A DNA stretch of 64,000 nt, from positions 31,920 through 95,919 of the forward strand of contig CBDCTA010000026.1 in the NCBI GenBank assembly GCA_965221955.1, given 5' to 3'. The position numbers were made by a program, and so were the translations under genes. Below the pieces are notes generated by a model. It saw only the letters and a program-made list of their open reading frames with translations. It did no database searches and was not told where the DNA came from. Shown here piece after piece: positions 10,424 to 22,370 of this stretch. Every line of letters starts with the position of its first letter. Position 1 is the stretch's first letter. The DNA comes from Gammaproteobacteria bacterium. GTDB lineage: Bacteria; Pseudomonadota; Gammaproteobacteria; UBA4575.

Positions 10424-12547
10424 ATGAAACATCTTACTTTTATAAATTACAATTTTTTATTAATTGTCACTTTATTATTTAGTGTAACGAATATTGCTTA
10501 CGCTGATTATGATGACGATGAAGAAGAAGCACTTATTGAGCTATATGGAGATGAAGAAACTATTAGTATAGCTACAGGTACAGCTCAACCGATATCACGT
10601 GCTCCAGCTGTGGCAACTGTTATAACAGCAAAAGATATTAAGGAAATGGGTGCTACAGATATTGATGAGGCGCTAGAGACAGTTCCAGGTCTGCACGTAT
10701 CAAGAAACTTCTTTGCAAATGGTCCAATTTATACTTTCCGTGGTATTTATGCTGTGAGTAATCCACAAGTCTTGATGTTAGTAAATGGAATATCTGTAAA
10801 TAATATTTGGCAAGGAGATAGAAGTCTTCTATGGGGAGGAATGCCTGTTGAAGCTATTTCGAGAATTGAAGTTATTCGAGGGCCTGGTTCTGCAGTCTAT
10901 GGTGCAGATGCATTTTCGGGTGTAATTAATATCATTACTAAAGAGGCTGCAGAAATTGATGGTTTTGAATTTGGTTCTAGAGTTGGAAGTTTTGATACAA
11001 AAGATATTTGGGCATTGTATGGAGATAAAGTCAGGGGATTTGATGTTGCATTTTCTCTCGAAGGTAGACAGACAGATGGGCATGATGAAGATATAGAATC
11101 TGATTTTCAGTCTTTCTTAGATGGTGTAACCGCAACAAATGCATCACTAGCTCCTGGATCTACGAATAATGAAAGGGATTGGATTGATGCTCGTTTAGAT
11201 ATTTCAAAGGGAAATTGGAAGTTTCGTGCTGGATTACAAAGTAGAGAGAATGTTGGTGCTGGTGTAGGTGCGGGGGAATCACTAGATACAAATTCAGAAT
11301 ACAGCAGCAAAAGATGGAACGCAGATTTAACTTACAATAATAATAACTGGATCGAAAATTTAGATTTAACGTCACAACTTAGCTTTTTTAATTCAAGTCA
11401 GGAAGTTGATAAAGACCAAGTTTTATTTCCACCTGGTGCAATTGTGCCTGGATTAGGTGGTCCATTCCCAGAAGGATTAATTGGTAATCCTGAGTTATGG
11501 GAAAGGCATATTCGATATTCTACCACAGCATTATTTAATGGTGTTCAAAATCATCAGATTAGAACAGGTATTGGTTATACACATAGTGAAATATATAAGG
11601 TAAAAGAAGAGAAAAATTTTGGATTAGACGGAAACGGTGTACCGATTCCAATCGGGAGTTCTCCAGTTGATGTTTCAGATACACCTGCAGTATTTTTGCC
11701 TGAAAAACACAGAAATAACAGTTTTATGTTTGTGCAAGATGTTTGGCAAATCAGTAATGATTGGGAGCTCACTGCTGGTTTACGCTATGACGACTACAAT
11801 GATTTTGGAGATACTTGGAATCCTCGTGCAGCACTTGTTTGGGCAGCAAGACATGATCTAACAGCAAAGCTGCTTTATGGTGAAGCGTTTCGTGCTCCTT
11901 CATTAGGTGAGTTTAGATTACAAAATAATCCAGTAACCCTTGGAAATGATGAATTAGACCCAGAAGAAATTAAAACGCTTGAGTTAGCATTTGATTATCG
12001 GCCAAAGGATAACTTAACACTTGGATTGAATTTATTTAAATACGAATGGGATGACATTATTCAATATGCACCTAACCCTAGTTTGCCTGTTGGCTCATTA
12101 CAAGCACAAAATATTGGCGAACAAGAAGGTTATGGGTTTGAATTTGAATTTGATTGGAAAGTATCTAGAACCTTGAATATTTTAGGCAACTTTGCCCATC
12201 AAGATTCTGAAGATCAGACGACAGATGAAGACTCTGGTAATGCCCCAGAAAATCAATTCTATGTACGAACAAACTGGGAGTTTGCTCCTGGTTGGAGTCT
12301 ATCACCACAATGGAATTTTGTAATGGAACGAAAGAGAGTTGATGGTGATATGCGAAGTAATATTGAAGACTATGATATGTTGGACCTTACTTTACGTCAT
12401 AAGTCTTTTAATGGTCGTTGGGAAGTTGCTCTTTCTGGGCGAAATGTTTTAAACAAGCGTGCATTTGAACCTGCTAGCACTAGTATTCCTGGTGACTTAC
12501 CTTTGGCACGAAGAAGCGTATGGGGGGAGTTGCGATTTAATTATTAA
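10424..12547 (+). CDS. TonB-dependent outer-membrane receptor
   Basis: Signal peptide, plug (RIEVIRGPGSAVYGADA), barrel motifs, C-terminal aromatic residue. Confidence 0.95.
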   Translation: MKHLTFINYNFLLIVTLLFSVTNIAYADYDDDEEEALIELYGDEETISIATGTAQPISRAPAVATVITAKDIKEMGATDIDEALETVPGLHVSRNFFANGPIYTFRGIYAVSNPQVLMLVNGISVNNIWQGDRSLLWGGMPVEAISRIEVIRGPGSAVYGADAFSGVINIITKEAAEIDGFEFGSRVGSFDTKDIWALYGDKVRGFDVAFSLEGRQTDGHDEDIESDFQSFLDGVTATNASLAPGSTNNERDWIDARLDISKGNWKFRAGLQSRENVGAGVGAGESLDTNSEYSSKRWNADLTYNNNNWIENLDLTSQLSFFNSSQEVDKDQVLFPPGAIVPGLGGPFPEGLIGNPELWERHIRYSTTALFNGVQNHQIRTGIGYTHSEIYKVKEEKNFGLDGNGVPIPIGSSPVDVSDTPAVFLPEKHRNNSFMFVQDVWQISNDWELTAGLRYDDYNDFGDTWNPRAALVWAARHDLTAKLLYGEAFRAPSLGEFRLQNNPVTLGNDELDPEEIKTLELAFDYRPKDNLTLGLNLFKYEWDDIIQYAPNPSLPVGSLQAQNIGEQEGYGFEFEFDWKVSRTLNILGNFAHQDSEDQTTDEDSGNAPENQFYVRTNWEFAPGWSLSPQWNFVMERKRVDGDMRSNIEDYDMLDLTLRHKSFNGRWEVALSGRNVLNKRAFEPASTSIPGDLPLARRSVWGELRFNY

Positions 12548-12589
12548 TCAAACTAAAAATTAAATTTGTTTTGATTAGTAGTTACAACA

Positions 12590-13558
12590 TTGCGTAACAC
12601 TCACTTTAATCGATACTTAGTGTCTCTATATGGCGTGAAAAATGCCGTATGGAGTTTTTTGCTATTTACGATATTAATTTCCTTTCCTAGTTTTGCGGCA
12701 ACTCCTTCCGTTGCGGTGATCTACCCAGAATTACGTGCACCTTACAACAAAATTTACGACGACATTGCAGAAGGTGTAGAAAAACATGCCAATGGTCAAA
12801 CGAAAAGATATAAGTTAACAAAAAACTATTCTCCACAAAAACTTAACGAATGGGTTGAAAGAAACAATATAAAAGTTGCTGTTGCACTTGGAAAAGGTGG
12901 CGAAAAAGCAATTGGGCAATTAACGCAAAACATTCCCGTTGTGTTAAGTGGCGTATTAAAACCTAAGTCACCTAATTATTATGGTATCTCTTTAGCAGCA
13001 TCACCCGATAAATTATTTAAAGAACTAAAAAAACAAAATTCGGAAATTAAACGAGTCATCGTTGTTTACAACCCTAAGAAAACCGAATGGCTTATTCGTC
13101 AGGCGAAAACTGATGCAATTAATAATAATTTAGAGCTCATTACCTTTACGACAATGAGTCTTTCAGAGTCTGCAAAAATTTATCGTGAAGTGTTTACGAG
13201 ATCTGACATCAATATATCAGCAATTTGGTTGCCCCCGGACAGGTATTCAGTAGATAACAAGGCAATCCTATCTTACATTCTTGAGCAGTCTTGGGCGAAA
13301 AATGTGGCAGTGTTTTCAAGCAGTCCAGCCCATGTAAACAAAGGTGTTTTATTTGCAATGTATCCTGACAACAAAAAACTGGGAGAAAGTTTGGGTGCGT
13401 ATGCATTGGATGAGCTTAATGGTGATTCAAAATTGGACAAGATGATTCCTGTTGAAGATCTAAAAATTGCATTTAATAGACGAACAGCAGAACACCTAGG
13501 CATTAAATTTAGAACTGATGATTTGCGTCGATATGATGCAGTTTTTCCAGCAGAGTAA
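12590..13558 (+). CDS. Periplasmic ABC_sub_bind / YfiR-like sensory protein (true start may be later)
   Basis: Signal peptide, AVALG, AIWL and N..TA..LG motifs; between receptor and sensor, with no permease or ATPase. Confidence 0.75.
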   Translation: MRNTHFNRYLVSLYGVKNAVWSFLLFTILISFPSFAATPSVAVIYPELRAPYNKIYDDIAEGVEKHANGQTKRYKLTKNYSPQKLNEWVERNNIKVAVALGKGGEKAIGQLTQNIPVVLSGVLKPKSPNYYGISLAASPDKLFKELKKQNSEIKRVIVVYNPKKTEWLIRQAKTDAINNNLELITFTTMSLSESAKIYREVFTRSDINISAIWLPPDRYSVDNKAILSYILEQSWAKNVAVFSSSPAHVNKGVLFAMYPDNKKLGESLGAYALDELNGDSKLDKMIPVEDLKIAFNRRTAEHLGIKFRTDDLRRYDAVFPAE

Positions 13559-13561
13559 GTA

Positions 13562-16500
13562 ATGATTCATCCAATTAAAATATTTAAGCAATTTTATACG
13601 AGTGGTTTTAAAGAGCAACTTGTTACTACTTTTTTGATTGGCATTTTCATTACTGCTGCGTTATCAACCTATTTAATTTCTTCATTTACTTCGAGCAAGG
13701 TTGAAGAAAAAGTTGAAAACGAAGGGTTTCAAATCACACGCGATTTTGCAGATAGAAACACTTTGGCATTACTATATTTTAGTGAAGAAAGTGCAAGAGA
13801 AAATGTAGAAGCAATTAAAAATTTCCCAGATGTTAAAGGTGTTGCGGTATACGATGCTCAGAAGAAACCATTAATTGAAGATGGTGAAAATACATTTTCA
13901 AAGGAGGGTGAAAACTGGCCAACGGAAATGAAATTAATTTCTGAAACGAAAGATGATTGGTATTTTGCATCACCTGTATATGCGCGAGGCACCGATCCTG
14001 TTATTGCGGAATCACCTTTCATTGATACTGATGAAGTAGAAGAGCGTGAGTTATTGGGTTATGTGCGTGTGCATATGAGCAAAGAAAGTCTGCATGCTCT
14101 CGAAAATACTATCCTAAAAATAACTATCATGATCACGTTAGTGTTGTCTGTGATTTTAGCTGTAGTGCTGTGGACAACAACGGACCGCGTTGTTAAACCA
14201 CTTAAACAATTGGCCGGATTTATGCGTGAAGCAGAAGAAGGGAATATGGGTATCCGCTCTGAGCTATGGGGCCCTAGAGATATTACTAAAATGCAGAATG
14301 CATTTAATACGATGATCAAAGCATTGGGAGATCGTGAGCATAATTTAGAAAGTGCACGCCAATCTGCGCTTCAATATGCGCATGCTAAAGGAGAGTTTGC
14401 AGCAAACGTAAGCCATGAGTTGCGTACTCCTTTAAATGGTATTATTGGCATGCTCGATATTCTTAAAGATACAGAATTAAGTGCTAAGCAAAAAGAATAT
14501 GTAAATGTTGCACAAGATTCAGGAGATGCGCTTCTTAGCTTGATTGATGATGTGCTCAATTTTTCTAGAATGGATTCTGGAAAGATTGAGATTGAACACG
14601 AGCAGTTTAATTTGCGTGAAATGTTGGATGACATTATTGGTATTTTAACGGGTCATGCGTCATCAAAAGATCTTGATCTCGCATACATCATTGATAAAAA
14701 CGTACCGAGCCATCTCAAAGGTGATGTGAGCCGTATTCGTCAGTTGTTAATCAACTTAGGTGGGAATGCTGTTAAGTTCACTGAAAAAGGTGAGATAGGA
14801 TTCCAAGTGAGTAAAGCTGCGGTGCAAAGTCGTCATTTAGTTTTGAGATTCGAAGTACGTGATACTGGAGTTGGGATTACTGAAGATGCACAAAATAAGA
14901 TTTTTGAAGCATTTCAACAAGCTGATGCGTCTACAACCAAGAAATTTGGTGGCACAGGGTTAGGGCTGGCAATTTGTAAACAATTAGTTGAATCCATGCG
15001 CGGGGAAATTGGAGTTGAAAGTGAAGCTGGTAAAGGTAGTACTTTCTGGTTTGAAATTCCATTTAAAGAAATGCCATCAACTGTAAACACATTAGACGTG
15101 AGGCACTCCACAGCTTCGGGATTGCGTATTTTTATAGTTGATGACAGTGAAATGGTGCGTGAGAATTTACAACAAACTTTTGAAGGATGGGGTGCTTTTG
15201 TTGGTAGTGCAAAGAGTGGTAATGAAGCAGTAGAGCTTTTGCGTTCCGCAAGTGAGCGTAAAAGGCCATTTGATGTCGCTTTTATAGACGAATTAATGGG
15301 TGATTCGAATGGTATTGAGTTGATTCGTTCTATTACGAAAGATGCAAGTATTGCACCGATGAAATTAGTGTTAATGACAAATCAAATTAATCCAGAGGCA
15401 TTTATAGACCGTTTTAGAGAGATTGATGCTTATGTTAAAAAACCATTGCGTCAGTCAAACGTATTCAATTGCATCGCTGATTTAATCAATATGCCTGTGG
15501 TGCAACATACAGATAAAAATGACATTGCTCCAGGTGCAACAGATATACCTAATTTCAATGCTACTTTATTAATTGTTGAAGATAATCGTGCTAACCAACA
15601 AGTCGCACAAGCTATGTTCGAAAGGCTTGGTTGTAAATGTTCGATCGCAAGTAATGGAATTGAAGCATTAAAGTTATTAGAACAAGCGGAATACGATGCG
15701 GTATTTATGGATTGCAATATGCCTGAGATGGATGGCTATGAAACTACAAACAAAATAAGGCAACTACCGAGTGAAATTTCGCAGATTCCAATTATTGCAA
15801 TGACGGCAAACGTGCTTAAAGGTGATCGTGAAAAATGTATCCAGTCAGGTATGAACGATTACACAAAGAAACCATTGAAGCTTGAAAAACTGATTGAAAA
15901 ACTCAGCCGTTGGGTTGGTGAAGGGTCTATTGAGAAATATACAGAAGAAGAGAGCTCGTTGATTACTTTGATAGAAGATTCTGCATTAGTAGACACTGCA
16001 GAGCATCATGCCATTGATAGAGATACGGTAGATATATTGAAAGAAAACGTTGGTGATGGTTTCAATGACATGGTCCAAGTTTATATTGATGACATGGAGA
16101 TTCTGCTTCGTTCGCTTGAAAAGAGTGTGCAAGAAAAAGACCCAAGTTCATTGCGGCATTATGCGCATAGTATAAAAGGCAGTAGTTCAAACTTCGGTGC
16201 GAGTAGATTAGTGCATCTTGCGAAGCAGCTTGAGGCAATTGGTAAAAATGATTCTGTAGAGGGTGCACATGATTTAGTTCAAGCAATATTCCCTCAGGCT
16301 GCATTTGTTATTAGTGAATTAAGGAAAGAAATTAATTTAACAAAAGAAGACACCCTGTTAATGCAAAAGAGCACAGAGAAGATTCTTATTGCAGATGACG
16401 ACCGAAGTATGCGCGTGGCTTTACAAAATGTTTTGGCGACAGATGGTTACGAAATTGAATCAGTTGCGGATGGTATAGAGGCTGTTAAACGCTGTGAGCA

Positions 16501-18082
16501 AGATATGCCAGGATTAATTTTATTGGATGCCATGATGCCTAATTTAAATGGTTTCGATGCATGTAAAAAAATACGCATGTTAAGGGGTGGTAAACATGTA
16601 CCTATTCTAATTGTTACTGCATTAGAAGATGATAGTTCTATCGAAGAAGCATTTGATTCGGGCGCAACAGACTTTATCTCAAAGCCTGTTCATTTTGCTG
16701 TAATGCGACAACGCGTTTCACGCTTATTGAAGGCGAGTCGTGCTGAAGTGCATGTGCGTGAGTTGGCCTATAACGACTCCCTTACTGGGTTGCCAAATCG
16801 AACCATGTTTATTGACCAGATGAATAAACTGATTAAGAAAGTACGCCCGCAAGCCCATATGTTGGCTGTGTTGTTTTTAGATTTGGATCGCTTTAAATAT
16901 GTAAACGACTCATTGGGTCACAGCGTTGGGGATATGTTATTAAAACAAGTTGCTGAAAGAATACTAAGTTGTGTGCGTTCGGCAGATACTGTGGCAAGGT
17001 TGGGTGGAGATGAGTTCACCTTGGCATTAGATGGCATAGAAGATAAAAGTGTAGTCGCAAATATAGCGGATAAGATTTGTCGTCGAGTAGGGGAACCTTA
17101 TTCATTTGCAGGCAAAGAAATATATGTCTCAGCGAGTATTGGTATTTCATTGCACCCTGATGATGGGACCAATATTGGTGAATTGATGAAGCGCGCTGAT
17201 ACCGCAATGTTCAAAGCTAAAGAGCGCGGCGGGAGTTTCTTATTCTATGAGCCCGAAATGGAAGCGGTAGTAACCAACAAAGTAGAAATTGAACAAGACT
17301 TGCGTCACTCATTAGACCGAGAAGAGCTGGATGTTTTCTATCAACCTAAGTTAAATTTACAAACCTCTAAGGTCGAGGGTCTAGAAGCTCTAGTTAGATG
17401 GAATCATCCTGAAAAAGGGCAAGTTGGACCAAATGATTTTATTCCATTAGCAGAAGAGACGGGGCTGATATCTGAAGTGGGATTATGGGTGTTAATTAGT
17501 TCGTGTGTGCAAATGCAATCTTGGATTGATAAAGGTTATGACCCTATGCCTGTGTCGGTAAACCTATCTGGCAGACAACTTGAAAATGGCGATATTGCTG
17601 CGCAAGTTGCACACGTATTAGCAGAGTCAGGCTTAAAGCCCGAATATTTAGAGTTAGAAATAACTGAAAGCATCATTATGAAACGCCCTGAAGAAGTGAT
17701 TTCAATTCTGCATCAATTAAAAGCGATGGGCGTAAAACTTTCGATTGATGATTTTGGTACAGGGTATTCGTCACTAAATTATTTGCGCAAATTCCCGATT
17801 GATTTGCTTAAGATTGATAAAGCCTTTATACGCGATGTTGCTACGAACAAAGAAGATCGTTTAATCGTTAAGGGAATTATTGCTTTAGCCAAGAGTTTAA
17901 ATCTCGAGGTTTTAGCAGAGGGAGTTGAAACAATTGAGCAACAAACCTTCCTCAGAGACGAAGGCTGTGACTATATTCAGGGCTACTATATTGGTAAACC
18001 GATGAAGAGCAGCGATTTTGAACAAGAGTTTATTCTTTCTAACCGCAGCAACATTGAATTGATCTCAAATTATCGCAAGTAA
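13562..18082 (+). CDS. Hybrid sensor: TM-HAMP-HisKA-HATPase-REC-REC-HPt-REC-GGDEF-EAL
   Basis: [18 protein letters not shown], three REC domains, AHSIKG (HPt), RLGGDEF, EAL, DDFGTG. Confidence 0.95.
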   Translation: MIHPIKIFKQFYTSGFKEQLVTTFLIGIFITAALSTYLISSFTSSKVEEKVENEGFQITRDFADRNTLALLYFSEESARENVEAIKNFPDVKGVAVYDAQKKPLIEDGENTFSKEGENWPTEMKLISETKDDWYFASPVYARGTDPVIAESPFIDTDEVEERELLGYVRVHMSKESLHALENTILKITIMITLVLSVILAVVLWTTTDRVVKPLKQLAGFMREAEEGNMGIRSELWGPRDITKMQNAFNTMIKALGDREHNLESARQSALQYAHAKGEFAANVSHELRTPLNGIIGMLDILKDTELSAKQKEYVNVAQDSGDALLSLIDDVLNFSRMDSGKIEIEHEQFNLREMLDDIIGILTGHASSKDLDLAYIIDKNVPSHLKGDVSRIRQLLINLGGNAVKFTEKGEIGFQVSKAAVQSRHLVLRFEVRDTGVGITEDAQNKIFEAFQQADASTTKKFGGTGLGLAICKQLVESMRGEIGVESEAGKGSTFWFEIPFKEMPSTVNTLDVRHSTASGLRIFIVDDSEMVRENLQQTFEGWGAFVGSAKSGNEAVELLRSASERKRPFDVAFIDELMGDSNGIELIRSITKDASIAPMKLVLMTNQINPEAFIDRFREIDAYVKKPLRQSNVFNCIADLINMPVVQHTDKNDIAPGATDIPNFNATLLIVEDNRANQQVAQAMFERLGCKCSIASNGIEALKLLEQAEYDAVFMDCNMPEMDGYETTNKIRQLPSEISQIPIIAMTANVLKGDREKCIQSGMNDYTKKPLKLEKLIEKLSRWVGEGSIEKYTEEESSLITLIEDSALVDTAEHHAIDRDTVDILKENVGDGFNDMVQVYIDDMEILLRSLEKSVQEKDPSSLRHYAHSIKGSSSNFGASRLVHLAKQLEAIGKNDSVEGAHDLVQAIFPQAAFVISELRKEINLTKEDTLLMQKSTEKILIADDDRSMRVALQNVLATDGYEIESVADGIEAVKRCEQDMPGLILLDAMMPNLNGFDACKKIRMLRGGKHVPILIVTALEDDSSIEEAFDSGATDFISKPVHFAVMRQRVSRLLKASRAEVHVRELAYNDSLTGLPNRTMFIDQMNKLIKKVRPQAHMLAVLFLDLDRFKYVNDSLGHSVGDMLLKQVAERILSCVRSADTVARLGGDEFTLALDGIEDKSVVANIADKICRRVGEPYSFAGKEIYVSASIGISLHPDDGTNIGELMKRADTAMFKAKERGGSFLFYEPEMEAVVTNKVEIEQDLRHSLDREELDVFYQPKLNLQTSKVEGLEALVRWNHPEKGQVGPNDFIPLAEETGLISEVGLWVLISSCVQMQSWIDKGYDPMPVSVNLSGRQLENGDIAAQVAHVLAESGLKPEYLELEITESIIMKRPEEVISILHQLKAMGVKLSIDDFGTGYSSLNYLRKFPIDLLKIDKAFIRDVATNKEDRLIVKGIIALAKSLNLEVLAEGVETIEQQTFLRDEGCDYIQGYYIGKPMKSSDFEQEFILSNRSNIELISNYRK

Positions 18083-18591
18083 AAATTGGATAAAATTTAG
18101 CCATCCTGTTTTACGGTTTGCGGTAATTCCCTAAATTTTTCAAGTAAAAATTAAAGAGTAAGTTATTAACCATATCTATTTTATGGTTATATTGCTTATT
18201 TTGTGATATCTCCAGCACAGTGAGTGTCCAAATATCCGCTTACACTCGGATTATTACAAATACCTTTTGGAAAATGTCATCTTCACTGGAAATCATAATT
18301 TGCTTACACAAATGCTTGCAAAGTATTGGTTTGCTAGTGTAGTTTAGCGTTCTTGTCATCTACCACTATATAGGCATTCAGCTGGTCTAGTGGTATTACA
18401 ATAAATAGAAGAAAGCTGGCATACATTAAACACAAGACTTTTTTAAACTAGGTACTGGTAGTGGGGTTTTGAACCATGTTCAAAACTGGTTAGTTGTCAC
18501 ATAAATTGTGATACTAATAGCACTGATAGATAATAACTATAATTTAGTTACCAGTAATCAGATGGAGCGAATAGGGGTTTGAATTTTTAGC

Positions 18592-20469
18592 ATGGATACA
18601 TTTCCTAGTCTTTTCTTACAACAAACCAGAACAAGATCTAACGATCTAGCGATTCGATATAAACATCATGGATTATGGAAATCGTGGACATGGAGTGATG
18701 TAAACACCAATGTTACTGAGCTTGCATGTGGTCTTGCATCTAAAGGATTAAAGCCAAACGAAAATGTTGCCATCATAGGTAACAACATCCCACAACTTTA
18801 TTTCGCAATGATCGCGGTGCAGTGTTTAGGTGCAGTACCTGTTCCTATTCATCCAGATTCAAATACACAAGAACTTGTTACTTTTTTAAATAACTGTGAA
18901 GCGAAGTTTGCAATCGTTCAAGATCAGCAGCAAGTAGATGCGCTTTACGATGTGATAGATAGGTGTGAAAACTTAGAAGAGATTATATACAACGATGGTC
19001 GTGGCATGACGGAATATGACCATTCACACTTAAGTAGTTTTGAAGAAATGCAGGAAATGGGTAAAAAGTTTGCTCAAGAACATGTCAGTTTTTTTGAAGA
19101 TGTCACATCAAAAGTTACACAAGATTCCGACGCTTTCATACTTTACACAGCAGGCACATCGGGAACTGCACGCGGAGCTGTGCATACGCATGGTAGTTTA
19201 GTTAATACGGGTATGGCGTTTGCTAGCCAAGAGAAGATTAAACAAGATGAACAAGTGTTAGCATTTTTGCCTCTCTCTTATGCGGCAAATACATTATTTA
19301 CCTATACGCTTTGGTTGTTGAAAGGGTTCACTATCAATTGCCCTGAAAGTAACGAAACTATTATGAATGATCTTCGTGAAATAGGTCCGACATTAATTTA
19401 CGCACCACCACATTTTTACAAACAGCTTCATGCAGAAATCACATGGAGAGGGCAAAGGTCTTCGACATATTGGTTTGATAAATGGTTCAGGATTGCTACT
19501 AAAAATAGACAAAAGTTTTTAAACGGAGAAAACTTGTCCCTAGTTGATAAGATTAAATGGGGCATGGGACAGCTTTTAATGTATCAGCCATTAAAAAATG
19601 TTTTTGGTTTAAGCAAACTTCGAAAAGCATATGTTGGCGGAGATATGCTGAATAGTGAAGTATTTAATTTTTTACGTTCTATAGGCGTTCATATTAAAAA
19701 AACATATGGGACAACAGAAAGTGCAGGCTTCATTAGTATTCAAGGGTGGGAGCAGTTAAATACTCCTGCGGGCGAGTATATTTTGGGTAAACCTTTGTCT
19801 GGAATTGATGTTAAGAAACTAGATAATGGTGAAATAGTTTTTAGAGGAATTAATGCATTTAAAGAATATTGCAATGATCCTGAGGCTACAGCAGCAGTAA
19901 AGGATTCTGATGGTTGGGTTAGAACAGGTGATGCTGGAGATATTGATAGTATAGGTGCAATTAGAATAACAGATCGAGTAGATGCAATTGGCAAGTTTAG
20001 CAATGGTGAAAGTTTTGCCCCACATCTTGTAGAAAATGCATTGAAGTCTTCTCCTTATATTCAAGAAGCTGTTGCGGTTGGAGAAGGGCATGATGCTATT
20101 GTGGCATTTATAGTAATTGATGGGGTTACAGTTGGTAGTTGGGCAGAAGTAAATAATGTTCGCTTTGCTGGATATAAAGATTTAGCAACACAGAAAGAAG
20201 TTTATGACTTAGTAAAGAAAACAGTCGAAGATGTAAATGCTCATATGGGTCAAATTGAAGGTGAGCATTGTCCACGAATTTCTCGATTTGTATTAATGCA
20301 TAGAGAATTCTTGGTAGATCAAGGTGAGATTACAAGATCACGTAAAATTAAACGCGATGTGGTAATGGGAACGCATCAAGCATTAGTAAATGCCATGTAT
20401 TCAGCGCAACAGAAAGTTGAAATTTCAGAGGCAGGTCAAACTGCAGAGTTAAGAATTGAATCTACCTAA
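18592..20469 (+). CDS. Long-chain acyl-CoA synthetase (AMP-binding)
   Basis: YTAGTSG, YGTTE and RTGD motifs. Confidence 0.88.
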   Translation: MDTFPSLFLQQTRTRSNDLAIRYKHHGLWKSWTWSDVNTNVTELACGLASKGLKPNENVAIIGNNIPQLYFAMIAVQCLGAVPVPIHPDSNTQELVTFLNNCEAKFAIVQDQQQVDALYDVIDRCENLEEIIYNDGRGMTEYDHSHLSSFEEMQEMGKKFAQEHVSFFEDVTSKVTQDSDAFILYTAGTSGTARGAVHTHGSLVNTGMAFASQEKIKQDEQVLAFLPLSYAANTLFTYTLWLLKGFTINCPESNETIMNDLREIGPTLIYAPPHFYKQLHAEITWRGQRSSTYWFDKWFRIATKNRQKFLNGENLSLVDKIKWGMGQLLMYQPLKNVFGLSKLRKAYVGGDMLNSEVFNFLRSIGVHIKKTYGTTESAGFISIQGWEQLNTPAGEYILGKPLSGIDVKKLDNGEIVFRGINAFKEYCNDPEATAAVKDSDGWVRTGDAGDIDSIGAIRITDRVDAIGKFSNGESFAPHLVENALKSSPYIQEAVAVGEGHDAIVAFIVIDGVTVGSWAEVNNVRFAGYKDLATQKEVYDLVKKTVEDVNAHMGQIEGEHCPRISRFVLMHREFLVDQGEITRSRKIKRDVVMGTHQALVNAMYSAQQKVEISEAGQTAELRIEST

Positions 20470-20514
20470 GTTAAATAAGATTAAAAAGTAAAAACATATA
20501 GCTGGAAGTTATAA

Positions 20515-21306
20515 GTGAGTAGTATAGCAAACGGAAAAGAACCACATATGGTGATCGAGAATATCGATCTAGCATTTGGTGGTACAAAAGCAATTACTGA
20601 TATCAGTTTCACTGTTTATAAAGGTGAAATTTGTGCCGTAATAGGACCTAATGGTGCAGGTAAAAGCTCTATGTTGAATGTAATTAATGGTGTTTATATT
20701 CCGCAACAAGGTTCCATTACCTATGAAGGTAAAAAATTCAACAAGATGAAACCACACTCTGCTGCGGTAATGGGTATCGGCCGTACTTTCCAAAATATTG
20801 CGTTGTTCTCAGGAATGTCTGTTGTTGAAAATATCATGACAGGTCGAAATCTGATGATGAAATCAACTTGGATTGAAAATGCACTAGGTATTGGTCGTAG
20901 TAAAAGAGAAGAGCTAGAGCATAGAGAGGCTTGTGAAGAAATTATTGAGTTCTTGGGTTTGCAATCCATTCGCAAAACTCAAGTTTCTGCATTGTCATAT
21001 GGATTGCAAAAACGTGTAGAACTTGGTCGTGCCTTAGCTGCTGAGCCAAATATGTTGTTGCTTGATGAGCCGATTGCTGGGATGAACATTGATGAAAAGC
21101 TAGATATGGCATGTTTTATCCAGGAAATAAATCGAAATAAAGGCACTACTATCGTGCTTATTGAACATGATATGGGTGTAGTAATGGATATCTCAGATCA
21201 TGTTGTTGTAATGGACTATGGTGAAAAAATTGGTGATGGCACACCTGAAGAAGTTAAAAATAATCAAAAAGTAATTGATGCATACTTAGGTGTCAGTCAT
21301 GACTAA
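20515..21306 (+). CDS. ABC ATPase, LivG-like
   Basis: GPNGAGKS, RTFQN, LSYG, LLLDEP, AYLG. Confidence 0.93.
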   Translation: MSSIANGKEPHMVIENIDLAFGGTKAITDISFTVYKGEICAVIGPNGAGKSSMLNVINGVYIPQQGSITYEGKKFNKMKPHSAAVMGIGRTFQNIALFSGMSVVENIMTGRNLMMKSTWIENALGIGRSKREELEHREACEEIIEFLGLQSIRKTQVSALSYGLQKRVELGRALAAEPNMLLLDEPIAGMNIDEKLDMACFIQEINRNKGTTIVLIEHDMGVVMDISDHVVVMDYGEKIGDGTPEEVKNNQKVIDAYLGVSHD

Positions 21307-21344
21307 TCGACAACTTAAGTGTATAGCTTAGTAGGAGCGCAAGA

Positions 21345-22322
21345 GTGGAATTTCTTACCGATCTAATTTCAATTTTTACAACCGATGGTATGTTTTCACC
21401 ATTTGGTATGGAGACACTGATTGCAGGAATGCTGTCGGGAGTCATGTATTCACTGGTTGGAATTGGATTCGTACTAATTTACAAATCATCAGGTGTGTTC
21501 AACTTTGCGCAGGGTACTATGTTGTTGTTTGCGGCATTGACCTATGTGAGTTTGACAGAACGTCAAGTGAATCCAGTAGTAGCTTTTGCGATCACAACCG
21601 TTGTCATGATTATTATGGGAATTGTCATTGAGCGTACTGTAATGAGGCCATTAGCCAACCGAGATTTATTATCATTGTTTATGGCAACAGTGGGATTGAA
21701 CTATTTCTTGGAAGGTTTGGCTCAAGGTACTTGGGACTCTGCAGTACATGGTTTAGATCTTGGTATTCCAAGTGATCCAATATTTGTTGCAGATGTTGCT
21801 AAAGAAACCTTTGGTTGGGAAAGCCCTTGGTTTGATATTTTGGTAAGTAAGTTTGATGGCTTTGCGGCCATAACTGCATTACTCATGGTTGGTGGTTTGT
21901 ACGCCTTTTTCCAATATACGCGTACAGGTTTATCACTGCGTGCGGTATCGGATGATCATATGGCTGCGCAGGCGGTTGGCATTCCACTATCCAAAATTTG
22001 GGCGATTGTATGGGCGGTAACTGGTGTGATCACATTTATCGTTGGCATGATTTGGGCAGACCGCCTTAGTGTGTCATTCACCTTAACTTGGGCAGTATTG
22101 AAAGGTTTGCCGGTAATTCTTATTGGTGGTTTGACCTCAATTCCGGGTTGCATTGTTGGTGGCTTAATTATTGGCGCAAGTGAAAAACTTGGCGAAATAT
22201 ATTTTGCAGAATTATTTGGTGGTCAAGGAATTGAACACTGGTGGGCGTATTTAACGGCACTTGTATTTATTTTAATTCGTCCAACTGGAATATTTGGTGA
22301 ACGCGAAATTGAACGTGTTTAA
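21345..22322 (+). CDS. ABC permease, LivH-like
   Basis: FNFAQG, TGLSLRAVS, RPTGIFG; multiple TM segments. Confidence 0.92.
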   Translation: MEFLTDLISIFTTDGMFSPFGMETLIAGMLSGVMYSLVGIGFVLIYKSSGVFNFAQGTMLLFAALTYVSLTERQVNPVVAFAITTVVMIIMGIVIERTVMRPLANRDLLSLFMATVGLNYFLEGLAQGTWDSAVHGLDLGIPSDPIFVADVAKETFGWESPWFDILVSKFDGFAAITALLMVGGLYAFFQYTRTGLSLRAVSDDHMAAQAVGIPLSKIWAIVWAVTGVITFIVGMIWADRLSVSFTLTWAVLKGLPVILIGGLTSIPGCIVGGLIIGASEKLGEIYFAELFGGQGIEHWWAYLTALVFILIRPTGIFGEREIERV

Positions 22323-22370
22323 CAAATAAATAAAGAATAATTAAATAAAGAATTTTAGTAGAGAAAATTA

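Noticed and set aside
18340-18520. FadR-type operator upstream of the acyl-CoA synthetase
   Set aside because: Palindromes exist (e.g. TTTTGAAC-CAT-GTTCAAAA) but none matches a consensus I can assign
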